From a virus: a stretch of DNA of 64,000 nucleotides. The notes under the pieces are model-generated. The model saw only the letters and a list, made by a program, of their open reading frames with translations, was not told the DNA's origin and searched no databases. Each line of letters starts with the position of its first letter. Position 1 is the stretch's first letter. The DNA lies in IMG/VR virus record IMGVR_UViG_3300021960_000018; one strand, written 5' to 3'. Of the stretch, positions 1 through 8,415 are shown one piece after another. The position numbers and the translations under genes were made by a program.

Positions 1-623
1 TCGATTACAGACCGCTGAATAGCTTCAGGTAGTCTATCCATAAAGTTATTGCTATGCTGTTTTTCTACATACGGGAATCTAGAAAGAAGAGCATCAACGT
101 CAAGGGTATCGCTGCCACCAGAGAAAATAAAATTGAAAGCGCTATCGTACGTCGCAGGTACGTAGTACATTCGACTAAGGTCCTTAGTTTGACGATCTCC
201 GGCACTGTCAAGGTAATTGTTGAGTGCCCACCAGAAGTGTTTAATCTGTCCGGACTCAATATATCGCGAGAGTCTGAAGACAATTCGAAACTTTGGTTTA
301 TCAATTTTACTGCTGGCTGTACTATAGCAAATATAGGAATAAGAACCGCACATATTATCAACAACATCTTTTACGTCCCCATGAATCTCAATGTCGTCAA
401 CATCAACAGCAGCCCAACCTGCCCAAGTAAGTACGTTTTTGTTGGCTCTAGTTGTATTAGGAACATAGACAGCCGGGGAAATAAGTTCAGCATCTTTTTT
501 ACCTCCTAAAGGTCGATTAGATAATGCGAATAAGAACCTCTCGAAGTGCGCCCAATCCGAGAAGTCCATCTGCTTTGGTACATTGTCATATTGACTCTTA
601 AAAGACGTCAGGGAGATTGCCAT
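1..623 (-). CDS. AEP-family (primase-polymerase/VirE-N-like) primase, 3' end runs off window; absent from supplied ORF track
   Basis: Manual translation from ATG at 623: MAISLTSFKSQYDN...WAAVDVDD...YICYSTASSKIDKPKFRIVF...QTKDLSRMYYVP, open to position 1; hhhDhD, YST-x-S..P+FRh and D-x-SR motifs. Confidence 0.7.
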   Translation of the reverse strand, partial: MAISLTSFKSQYDNVPKQMDFSDWAHFERFLFALSNRPLGGKKDAELISPAVYVPNTTRANKNVLTWAGWAAVDVDDIEIHGDVKDVVDNMCGSYSYICYSTASSKIDKPKFRIVFRLSRYIESGQIKHFWWALNNYLDSAGDRQTKDLSRMYYVPATYDSAFNFIFSGGSDTLDVDALLSRFPYVEKQHSNNFMDRLPEAIQRSVI

Positions 624-1023
624 GGTTATCCTCGTGGCTAGGAGCTTTCCAACCTTCTGGTTTAAGTAGATCTGGAAGACCGAATGGATTAGGACGGCCC
701 GGTTTAACACCCGGTTCTTTTGTCATATTTGCCCTATAGACTTTATTCCATGCTTGATTTGCATCTACCCCAAATACGTCTAGTGTACCGATAGCAAATA
801 CACAAAGGTCGATTAGACCATCGACAATCTCTTCAGGATCTTTATTGTCTACGGCAGTAAGGGTTTCATCCAACTCTTCTTTACACATAGACAACCTAAA
901 GGCAAGATACTTTGCCATAAGATCCTTATCGTGTTTATTCTCTTCAAACCACTGCCTTACACCAAACTTATGGTGCATAGCAGCAATATCATCGGGCCAA
1001 TTAGACATTATATTCTCCATCAA
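598..1023 (-). CDS. MazG-like/PRA-PH all-alpha nucleoside triphosphate pyrophosphohydrolase
   Basis: EELDE...EIVDGLIDL acidic motif; NMTK...KPEGWKAP tail. Confidence 0.85.
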   Translation of the reverse strand: MMENIMSNWPDDIAAMHHKFGVRQWFEENKHDKDLMAKYLAFRLSMCKEELDETLTAVDNKDPEEIVDGLIDLCVFAIGTLDVFGVDANQAWNKVYRANMTKEPGVKPGRPNPFGLPDLLKPEGWKAPSHEDNHGNLPDVF

Positions 1024-1046
1024 TATTCATATTATACCACACATTT

Positions 1047-3512
1047 TTATCCAAAGAAATCCTCTAATGTTGCTTTGGGTTCACTTTTCCAACCAATAGA
1101 ATCTAAGATAGATTGGACCGGATCCAAGAATGCTTTGTCGAACTGTAGATCGTAGTCTATATATTTATCCAGACCGAGTTCGGGAGGTAGGTAATCCATA
1201 AACGAGATAACATTCTCTTTTAGAGGATTCGGTAGACGTAAGTATGTATACTTCATCTTATTTCCGTTTTGAATAAGTTCATATTTCTTATCTAGTCGTT
1301 TTTCCGCCAATGCTTTGTTATAGAGGATTGACCCGCGAACGTGAATTGGACAACCTTTTTTATATCCATCAGATGTTACCCATTTATCGATGTCGGTAAC
1401 ACCACGTGGTGCAGCAACCTGATCTGGGCGTAGCTTACGGAACTTTTCCTTACATTTACGAATATATGCCTGGGTTTCGGCTTCGGTGCCTGACATAAGA
1501 ACAGGGAACAGTTCGCGCATCCATCCGCGCGCGACCTCGGGCGTGGAAGACTTGATAGCTTCAATACCCATGATCTTAAGCTTAGGCTTTTCGTATTGAA
1601 CACCTTCAGAGTTGTGTACGTTAAGGATATATCGCTTCTTAGCTTGCCAGATGCCACGGTCAGCAATAACCTCACGTTCCATAACCATACGGTTTTCGAA
1701 GCAATTCATATCATCAAACAGATCTTTCATAGACCGTTCGAACATGGGGTTAAAATGATTCTCGCATGCTTCATCTAGGAACTTAACCGGATCAACCGGG
1801 TTAAACTTTTTAACGAATGGTGCAAAGTTAACATAAACCGAATCAGTATCAATAGCAATAACATAATCGTCGTCAGTGCCTAAGATCTTGTTCAGTTCGG
1901 AGTTAATAGCTCGTTCACACCACTTAATAACATGCTGACCTGTAAGGGTAATGCCCTCGGCAACACGAAGGTCAAAGTATCGGTACCACTTATTACCAAT
2001 AGCACCAAACAAAGAGTTCATAAGGATCTTAATTGCCATTTGTTTGTTTTGGGCCGTGGCAATCTCACGTTCCAGTTCTTTACTTGTACCGTCTTTCTGT
2101 TGCTTACGCATTGCTGCGAGCATTTCTTTCTTGACCTCTTTACGTTCAGCATAATAAGCTTTAACAATTCGAGGAAACGTACCTTCGAACGAATTATCAT
2201 ACTTAGAATCGTTAGCCGCACGAGATACGTTATCTGGCACCCGGGTAGTTTGTATAAGAGTCTCGGGCGACATGTTCCATTGAGCAATGATGTTAGGGTA
2301 TAGAGAGTTAAGGTCAAAGCTAACTACCCATTCATACATGGCAGGCTTAACCTCTTTCACGTACCCGCCCGCGAATCCAACCGACATATTAGCCAGTCGT
2401 TCACGATCTTTCATGGGGGGAACAGCAATATTCTTAAGGGTTAGGTCCCGATAGACAATAGAATCCCAGATGGAAGTAGTACCGAATACGTCAGTAAAGT
2501 TTACACCAGCCTTATAGGCCAGTGTGCATGCTAGACCGATAAGATCCATCTTCTCGTCCATACGTTCTACTAGTTCTACGTCCTTAATGTTATAGTCGAT
2601 ATAGAGCTGATGATTCTCATTATAAAGATTGCGGAGGCTACCATATTCATCGTAGGATAGTTTATTCTCACCAAGAACCACATGGGCAATGTGGTCCAGT
2701 TTATATGATTCTTGTGGACCGTAGCTATAACCAAACTTTTGGAATAGGTCATAGTAGTCCATTTGGCTGATCCCAGTCAACTGATAAGAGTCCATGTTCT
2801 TGTTCTTGAACTGAACCTGCTTTTGACGTACAGATCCCCACGGGGAAAGAGACTCTGCTGCTTTCTCAGAGCCAAGTCGGGTGATACGATTAACGATGTA
2901 CGGAATATCGAAGAATCGAATATTCCATCCGGTAATAATATCGGGATAATCTTTCTTCCACCAGACTAGGAACTTATAGAGCAACTCTACTTCGTCTTTG
3001 CAGTAGTGATACTGGATTAAAAGATGTTTATGCGGGGATTTTTCTACATCATACTCTTTCGTGCCCCAAACGTGGTACACGGAGGAACGAGACGACTTGC
3101 AGGTAATAGCCGTAATAGGGTGTCGGGCTTCTTCTGGGGTAGGAAAGCCATCATCTGAGTAGACCTCGATATCAATGTTAACTACATTGATGTGGCCACG
3201 ATTAAAGGGGATTTCACCGGGAAACTTTTCTTGAATAAACTGCATGACAGGACGATCACAGCCATAGTACTTAAAGCCTTCCAGTCCTTCTTTGTCTTTA
3301 ATCCAATCCCGCATAGCGCTAGGAGACGGCAACGTAATAGGTTCTACGTTATAGCCTTCAAGGGTGCGCCAGCCGGTTTCATTTTTAGATGGAAGAAAGA
3401 GTGTAGGTTCGAATTCATATCGATGTGACACTGGAGTGCCGTTGTCAGTATAGCCACGGTAAACTACACGATTACCGAGAACGTCGACTGATGTATAAAA
3501 TGACAAATGCAA
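1047..3512 (-). CDS. gp43: Family B DNA polymerase (T4 gp43)
   Basis: DIEV exonuclease motif, SFDLNSLYP, KILMNSLFG, IDTDS, KKRY. Confidence 0.98.
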   Translation of the reverse strand: MHLSFYTSVDVLGNRVVYRGYTDNGTPVSHRYEFEPTLFLPSKNETGWRTLEGYNVEPITLPSPSAMRDWIKDKEGLEGFKYYGCDRPVMQFIQEKFPGEIPFNRGHINVVNIDIEVYSDDGFPTPEEARHPITAITCKSSRSSVYHVWGTKEYDVEKSPHKHLLIQYHYCKDEVELLYKFLVWWKKDYPDIITGWNIRFFDIPYIVNRITRLGSEKAAESLSPWGSVRQKQVQFKNKNMDSYQLTGISQMDYYDLFQKFGYSYGPQESYKLDHIAHVVLGENKLSYDEYGSLRNLYNENHQLYIDYNIKDVELVERMDEKMDLIGLACTLAYKAGVNFTDVFGTTSIWDSIVYRDLTLKNIAVPPMKDRERLANMSVGFAGGYVKEVKPAMYEWVVSFDLNSLYPNIIAQWNMSPETLIQTTRVPDNVSRAANDSKYDNSFEGTFPRIVKAYYAERKEVKKEMLAAMRKQQKDGTSKELEREIATAQNKQMAIKILMNSLFGAIGNKWYRYFDLRVAEGITLTGQHVIKWCERAINSELNKILGTDDDYVIAIDTDSVYVNFAPFVKKFNPVDPVKFLDEACENHFNPMFERSMKDLFDDMNCFENRMVMEREVIADRGIWQAKKRYILNVHNSEGVQYEKPKLKIMGIEAIKSSTPEVARGWMRELFPVLMSGTEAETQAYIRKCKEKFRKLRPDQVAAPRGVTDIDKWVTSDGYKKGCPIHVRGSILYNKALAEKRLDKKYELIQNGNKMKYTYLRLPNPLKENVISFMDYLPPELGLDKYIDYDLQFDKAFLDPVQSILDSIGWKSEPKATLEDFFG

Positions 3513-3532
3513 TACCTCCTATAGATGGAGTC

Positions 3533-3568
3533 ATTATATAAAATAAAGGGGGATTCGTAAACCCCCCC
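3533..3568 (-). promoter_or_regulatory. T4-early/sigma70-like promoter upstream of gp43, overlapping a G/C hairpin
   Basis: Minus strand GGGGGGTTTACG-N17-TATAAT. Confidence 0.7.
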
Positions 3569-3585
3569 TTTTTGTTTTATTAAGA

Positions 3586-3804
3586 TCAATCTCTATGAGA
3601 AACGAAGGTATACATCTCTTTGGCCTTTGCCATAAGATCTTCCATGGAATACATATGCATGGCATCTTGATATTCGTCAAACTGAATTTTACCCTGCTCA
3701 AACATATTACGAGCAAAATCAACATTCATGTGATACTGGTTGTCCATATAGTCTTTGGCAAGAGCTAGCATCTCGGCACGGATTTCAAATGGATTCTTGT
3801 TCAT
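3586..3804 (-). CDS. Small hypothetical protein of a type seen in T4-like phages
   Basis: NPFEIRAEMLALAKD...AKEMYTFV; ATGA overlap with upstream gene. Confidence 0.75.
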   Translation of the reverse strand: MNKNPFEIRAEMLALAKDYMDNQYHMNVDFARNMFEQGKIQFDEYQDAMHMYSMEDLMAKAKEMYTFVSHRD

Positions 3805-4007
3805 TTCATCACCTTTGCCATAGCTGCACCAGCGGCATTCGCAAATGCGTTGGTATGTTTCATAGCATCTTTAGTGAATTCGGTTTGAACTTTGATGAAG
3901 TCGTTAAGAGGCTTGCTCATCGATTCATCTTTAATCCAGGTATCAACCCAGGATTTCTTAGCGTTCTGGATCGTATCGATCCACATATTTGTCATATACT
4001 CATTCAT
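3801..4007 (-). CDS. Small helical hypothetical protein (weakly phasin-like)
   Basis: AAGGAG RBS preceded by ACACAA repeats; amphipathic 68 aa. Confidence 0.7.
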   Translation of the reverse strand: MNEYMTNMWIDTIQNAKKSWVDTWIKDESMSKPLNDFIKVQTEFTKDAMKHTNAFANAAGAAMAKVMK

Positions 4008-4040
4008 GACATTCTCCTTTGTGTTTGTGTTTGTGTAGAT

Positions 4041-4062
4041 GGGGAGCTAACCGTAGCTCCCC
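4041..4062. other. Intergenic 9 bp hairpin (processing or attenuation site)
   Basis: GGGGAGCTA-ACCG-TAGCTCCCC, no U tract. Confidence 0.6.
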
Positions 4063-4091
4063 GCGGGTTTATTAGGTAACCACCCCATCTC

Positions 4092-4406
4092 TTAGACCCA
4101 ATTACGAAGATTGGGGTTCTCTTCAACTTGTTTTTTAGTGAAGGCTTCCATTGCAACCCAATGAATGTCTCCACGGCAAATACCAATGTCTTGCAACTCT
4201 CTGTCCGATAGTTTTGACAGTCCGTTGAAAGTTTCTCTGTAAACTCTTTGAGCCCACATATACTCTTTTACTAAAGCAATTGCTTTTCGTGTTTGAGCTA
4301 TTGAAATAGCCTCATTGATTTTTGCAAAGAATTTAACAAATCCACTAGTAAGATTAGTTAGTGGATTCAGTAAGTAGTTGTTTAGTGTTAGAATGTGTTG
4401 TGTCAT
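4092..4406 (-). CDS. DUF1127 (YjiS-like) small protein
   Basis: RVYRETFNGLSKLSDRELQDIGICRGDI matches the LSD+xLxDIGhxRxDI signature. Confidence 0.85.
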   Translation of the reverse strand: MTQHILTLNNYLLNPLTNLTSGFVKFFAKINEAISIAQTRKAIALVKEYMWAQRVYRETFNGLSKLSDRELQDIGICRGDIHWVAMEAFTKKQVEENPNLRNWV

Positions 4407-4830
4407 TTGTTAATCCCTCGTAATGACCGATTTCGATTTTACGAGGACGCATTTCTTCTGGGACTTCATACTTCAATACAATTGACAGTACTCCGTCGAT
4501 CAGGTCTGCTCCATTTACTTTTACGTGTTCGGACAGCCTAAAGGTGCGTTTGAACTTCTTAGTGGAAATACCACGGTGAATGTACTCGCGACCTTTACTC
4601 GCATGTTCTCCAAGGATAGTTAGGGTGCGATCCTTAACTTCGATGGTGAGTTCATCTTTGCTAAATCCCGCCACAGCTAATTCGATTAGATATTCGGTTT
4701 CACCGGTTCTAAGAATATTGTGGGGAGGATAGTTATCCTGTGCATGTTTTGTTACATAGTCTAGTTCATTAAGCAAATGATCAAAGCCAACAAAAGATGA
4801 ACGTGGAAATAGTGATTGTACGCCTGTCAT
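4354..4830 (-). CDS. hsp20: Small heat shock protein Hsp20/IbpA-like (start reassigned to ATG 4830)
   Basis: NYPPHNI, IELAVAGF, YIHRGIS, F.RTF.L, DGVL, PRKIEI; GGAG RBS before 4830. Confidence 0.95.
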   Translation of the reverse strand: MTGVQSLFPRSSFVGFDHLLNELDYVTKHAQDNYPPHNILRTGETEYLIELAVAGFSKDELTIEVKDRTLTILGEHASKGREYIHRGISTKKFKRTFRLSEHVKVNGADLIDGVLSIVLKYEVPEEMRPRKIEIGHYEGLTNDTTHSNTKQLLTESTN

Positions 4831-4890
4831 GGTTTTCTCCTTTTTACAAGCAAGAACATTACGCCGACCGGTTAATTCCGCATCAGCAAG
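4828..4890 (-). promoter_or_regulatory. ROSE-like RNA thermometer in hsp20 leader
   Basis: UUCUUGCUU-GUAAA-AAGGAGAA hairpin masks SD with bulged G; additional upstream hairpin. Confidence 0.6.
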
Positions 4891-4892
4891 TG

Positions 4893-4900
4893 TATTTATA
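4893..4900 (-). promoter_or_regulatory. T4 late promoter TATAAATA
   Basis: Exact consensus upstream of hsp20. Confidence 0.75.
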
Positions 4901-4934
4901 CCCATATACTTATCCTCTAGAAGAATACCTGGTA

Positions 4935-5342
4935 TTACTTATTACCAATGTTGTATTTTGGGCACAGTTCCCATTCGTTTTTTTCTTTAAACGAAAGGAT
5001 CTTAATCTGGCGTAATGGTGCACATTGAAGACCGGCTTTAGCATTTACTGTTACTAAACCCCAGTCACTTAACAATGTAGCGATAGTATTACGACGCAGA
5101 ATATCATTCTCTTCAAGATTCGACTTCTTGCCATCCAGGAGAAATAGCTCCTTAAAATGCACAATAAAGTAGCGACCTTGTTTATGTAGAATATGACATG
5201 ATTGGTATAGTTTGCGATCTTTTCTAGAAGCGACACCAATACGGGTCAGCGTTTCTTTTACCTTTAAAAAATCGTCTGGCTCGGCGAGGGTTACCTCAAG
5301 CATTTTGCTTGGGTCCCATTCGTATAAATTATTTTCTTCCAC
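4935..5342 (-). CDS. regA: Translational repressor RegA
   Basis: DDFLKVKETLTRIG, LYQSCHILHKQGRYFIVHFKELF. Confidence 0.97.
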   Translation of the reverse strand: MEENNLYEWDPSKMLEVTLAEPDDFLKVKETLTRIGVASRKDRKLYQSCHILHKQGRYFIVHFKELFLLDGKKSNLEENDILRRNTIATLLSDWGLVTVNAKAGLQCAPLRQIKILSFKEKNEWELCPKYNIGNK

Positions 5343-5706
5343 CTTTATAAACCTTCTGTTTCAATAAATTTAATTGTTCTTCACTTAGAAGGGTCAAGGC
5401 TTGTTTGGCTTTTTCATTACTATAGCCATAATATTCCTTGACAACTTCCAAATCACTTTCTTTGACAGGCTTAGCCCATTTTGAGAAGCGCTTCCGCTTT
5501 CTAATAGTATTTATAAAAAAATGAAATTGAAGTTTTTTATCAAGGTGATGGTATTGGTTCATCTCATTAGCGAAAAGAACCGTATCAGGAAAATAACTTA
5601 GCGATCTATTGATCATGAACGGGATATATGATTTCTCAGTGATATCATCTACCATGATATCCTTTTTGGTCATATTAATAGAATTTAGGTAATCATAAGG
5701 ATTCAT
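5329..5706 (-). CDS. gp62: Clamp loader small subunit gp62
   Basis: PFMINRSLS, RKRFSKW, VKEYYGYS; synteny with regA and gp44. Confidence 0.93.
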   Translation of the reverse strand: MNPYDYLNSINMTKKDIMVDDITEKSYIPFMINRSLSYFPDTVLFANEMNQYHHLDKKLQFHFFINTIRKRKRFSKWAKPVKESDLEVVKEYYGYSNEKAKQALTLLSEEQLNLLKQKVYKGGRK

Positions 5707-5912
5707 TTAGCCGTCCATAATCTATCTAGCACAAAAAACCATACCGCGTTTAGTAATGGTTCTACTATAGCATCCGTCAAAGCAATATAAAACGGTGCGC
5801 CAGTGAAATACATAACACAAGCTGCAGCAATTAAAAAGTGTCCAATAGTATATATGCCGGTCCGCAGTAAAGTGCCTTTTAAAGTATTATAAGATTTTGT
5901 AAATTCACTCAT
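5703..5912 (-). CDS. Small membrane protein, DUF2061-like
   Basis: Two hydrophobic segments, VWFFVLDRLW end. Confidence 0.6.
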   Translation of the reverse strand: MSEFTKSYNTLKGTLLRTGIYTIGHFLIAAACVMYFTGAPFYIALTDAIVEPLLNAVWFFVLDRLWTAK

Positions 5913-6511
5913 TAGAATGGGATTTCATCAATTAGAAGTCGTGACACATATTGAATACGCATTACATCCATAACTACATCATGTCTAGGATCATGGGCAA
6001 TAAATTTGGATTCAAGCCCATCAGGAATAAACTTATCACTAATATCTTGCCCCCAAGTCATTCCATTCAATAGACTTTTAGTATCACGAATAACCCACCA
6101 CTTATGTGGCATAGGATCTCCAAACTGGGAACAAATATACTGAACAAATACCGGATCAAACGTATTGTTACGAGTAAAAGCCATATCTACATCAGATGAA
6201 GTATTGGATACAAACCAACTATATAGTTCCGAGATATCAACATCATCGGGCGTTGGTGTTAGCTGCTTTTGGGCTTCTGGACCTTGATTCTTCCACCAAT
6301 TCAAAGTGTCAGTACAGATAGTTCGACCATATTTCTTTACCTGTGATTCTACATCAAACTTGAGGAATTGTACATCCCCAATTAGTTCATCCCACTCATA
6401 TGCTTTACCATGCATAAGACGGTTCATATCAAAGTTAAGAAGTGCAATTGATACTATCACACCTCGATGCTGATCTTGGCTCAGCGTTTCAATATCATAA
6501 ATGATAGCCAT
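5912..6511 (-). CDS. dexA: 3'-5' exonuclease DexA-like (DEDDh); start probably 6511
   Basis: DIETL, TLNWW, FD, RDTKS, HDPRHD motifs. Confidence 0.85.
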   Translation of the reverse strand: MAIIYDIETLSQDQHRGVIVSIALLNFDMNRLMHGKAYEWDELIGDVQFLKFDVESQVKKYGRTICTDTLNWWKNQGPEAQKQLTPTPDDVDISELYSWFVSNTSSDVDMAFTRNNTFDPVFVQYICSQFGDPMPHKWWVIRDTKSLLNGMTWGQDISDKFIPDGLESKFIAHDPRHDVVMDVMRIQYVSRLLIDEIPF

Positions 6512-7449
6512 TATGTAAACTCCACGTTGGACATAATCTCTGTCATGCAAGCTACGATGTTTAGTTCGTGGTCTGCGACAAAGGCGTTTTTATATTGGTA
6601 ATCTGCAAGTATGAGTACAAGTGCAGGAATAGATTGCGGCTTGACCTTATCGTTCATACGGTCATAGATCGCACGGAAGATAGCAGAAGCATCTGTGTCG
6701 ATGTTATCTACCACCCACTTACGCATATTCTTAAAGTCTTTATCCTTTAGGTAAGTGAACAAAGATTCGTATGAAGTATCGCTCACGCTCGCGAGCACGC
6801 CCGAATCAATCTTACCCGAAATACTATAGCGCTGACATTCGTTAATAACACGACGCCAATCAGGGGCATGCTTGATAATTAGATCTGCAACTGCTTTGGT
6901 ATCATACTGAATCTTTTCAGATTCGAGGATGTGTTTCATACGCTCGAAGAATACAGCCGCAAGACCAGCCATCTCCTTACGGGTAGTATTAAATTCGTAT
7001 ACCGAACACCGTGAGTGCAGGGGTTCGATAATACGGTTCTTAAAGTTAGCTGTAAGGATAAACCGACAGTTATTAGCAAACTCTTCGATAAATCCACGAA
7101 GAGCTGGTTGAGTAGACTGTGGGTTAAGATAATCAGCCTCATCAAGGATAACTACTTTGTAGCCGCCTTGTAGTGAAATAGTAGAGGCAAACTGACGGAT
7201 CTTACCACGAAGGGTTTCGATATTACCTTCTTCGGATCCGTTAACATATAGGTAATCAAGACCAAGCTCGTTACACAATGCACGAGCTACAGTGGTCTTA
7301 CCGAGACCCGCCGTACCTGTAAACAGCATATTAGGGAGTTGGCCAGTTGAAGCCAACTCCACAAAAGTCTTTTTCAGACTAGGTGGGAGAACAGTATCTT
7401 CGATCTTACGAGGACGATACTTTTCTACCCACAAAAAGTCATTCGACAT
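6511..7449 (-). CDS. gp44: Clamp loader AAA+ subunit gp44
   Basis: LWVEKYRP, GTAGLGKTT, ILDEAD, SRC. Confidence 0.97.
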   Translation of the reverse strand: MSNDFLWVEKYRPRKIEDTVLPPSLKKTFVELASTGQLPNMLFTGTAGLGKTTVARALCNELGLDYLYVNGSEEGNIETLRGKIRQFASTISLQGGYKVVILDEADYLNPQSTQPALRGFIEEFANNCRFILTANFKNRIIEPLHSRCSVYEFNTTRKEMAGLAAVFFERMKHILESEKIQYDTKAVADLIIKHAPDWRRVINECQRYSISGKIDSGVLASVSDTSYESLFTYLKDKDFKNMRKWVVDNIDTDASAIFRAIYDRMNDKVKPQSIPALVLILADYQYKNAFVADHELNIVACMTEIMSNVEFT

Positions 7450-7482
7450 ATATTCACCTTTTCATAATATAATAGAGTAAGA

Positions 7483-7665
7483 TTACTCAGATTCAGTTGC
7501 ACTCAGTGCTGCTTCGGCCAGTTGGATCAGATTGGTGCATTGATCACGGAGACGGCCAATAGTAGATAGCTCTTCCCCTTTAAAGGCACCACGAGCAGTG
7601 ATAGTATCAATAACCGCGATGGTGCTGCGAGCAACCTGGTTGGCGTTATTTGCAAGGTCAGACAT
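7483..7665 (-). CDS. Small hypothetical protein
   Basis: IDTITARGAFKGEELSTIG; fills gap between gp45 and gp44. Confidence 0.75.
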   Translation of the reverse strand: MSDLANNANQVARSTIAVIDTITARGAFKGEELSTIGRLRDQCTNLIQLAEAALSATESE

Positions 7666-7670
7666 AATGA

Positions 7671-8357
7671 TTAATCTCCATATTTAGATGTTTTTTCTAG
7701 CGCTACGAAATATTCAATCGGAAGGTCTGAATCCTCCGATGTGAAATGGGAAATAAGTTTGGAAGAAATCGCTACGTTGTAGTTAGTAGGGATAAGCTTC
7801 TTTAGGTTGTTGATATTGAACACCAGCGAGAAGTTGGTGCCTGCTTCATATTTACCGGGGATATCAATAGAAAATGTGTTACTAGTAGCATTTTCTTTGT
7901 CAAAGATTGTCATCGTAATCACTCCGTTCGATGGAGTAATTGCGACCTCACTATGACCGAGAGCAGATGCAGCAGACTTAATCCTGGAAAGGGTTTCAGT
8001 ATCAAGGCGGAACTCTACATCAACTGGTGGCATAATTACGTTACGAGTAGGTGATGTGAGCATTTCCGGGTCAGAGAAATAGTACTTAATCTTAGACCTA
8101 CCGCTACCATCACTAATGGTAGCAAAGCCCGCATCGGGCTTAAAGGTCGGACTGTCGACAAGATTTAGTACACCTAGAAACTCGTTAAGATCATAGATGC
8201 CAAATCGAGAAGGAAATGTGTCCTTTAGGGTAGCAGTTGCAAAGACGTTCTTTGCCTCTGAAACGGTCTTAATCGTATTGCCTTGGTCGATCACAATGTT
8301 AGAATTGATCTGAGCAAAGTTCTTAAGAACCTGAATGGTGGTGTCATTTAGTTGCAT
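7671..8357 (-). CDS. gp45: Sliding clamp gp45
   Basis: VLKNFAQIN, FGIYDLNEFL, YFVALE. Confidence 0.96.
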   Translation of the reverse strand: MQLNDTTIQVLKNFAQINSNIVIDQGNTIKTVSEAKNVFATATLKDTFPSRFGIYDLNEFLGVLNLVDSPTFKPDAGFATISDGSGRSKIKYYFSDPEMLTSPTRNVIMPPVDVEFRLDTETLSRIKSAASALGHSEVAITPSNGVITMTIFDKENATSNTFSIDIPGKYEAGTNFSLVFNINNLKKLIPTNYNVAISSKLISHFTSEDSDLPIEYFVALEKTSKYGD

Positions 8358-8383
8358 TATAAACTCCGTATGATGTGTGTTCC

Positions 8384-8414
8384 ATTATACTATATAACGT
8401 ACGATGTGTAAACC
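8384..8414 (-). promoter_or_regulatory. T4-early/sigma70-like promoter upstream of gp45
   Basis: Minus strand GGTTTACA-N17-TATAAT. Confidence 0.7.
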
Positions 8415-8415
8415 G

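Noticed and set aside
54-509. ORFs 54-509 (+) and 65-367 (-) from the track
   Set aside because: Both overlap the longer primase-like frame that runs off the window.
1047-3512. Intein, intron or split in gp43 (also checked gp17 and uvsW)
   Set aside because: Lengths and motif spacing are ordinary; no homing endonuclease or splice motifs were seen.
4008-4091. Cuckoo-type sRNA downstream of DUF1127
   Set aside because: A hairpin is present, but there are no CCUCCUCCC loops.
5508-5515. TATAAATA inside gp62
   Set aside because: It lies in AT-rich coding sequence and could be chance, though it might drive regA; not listed as a feature.
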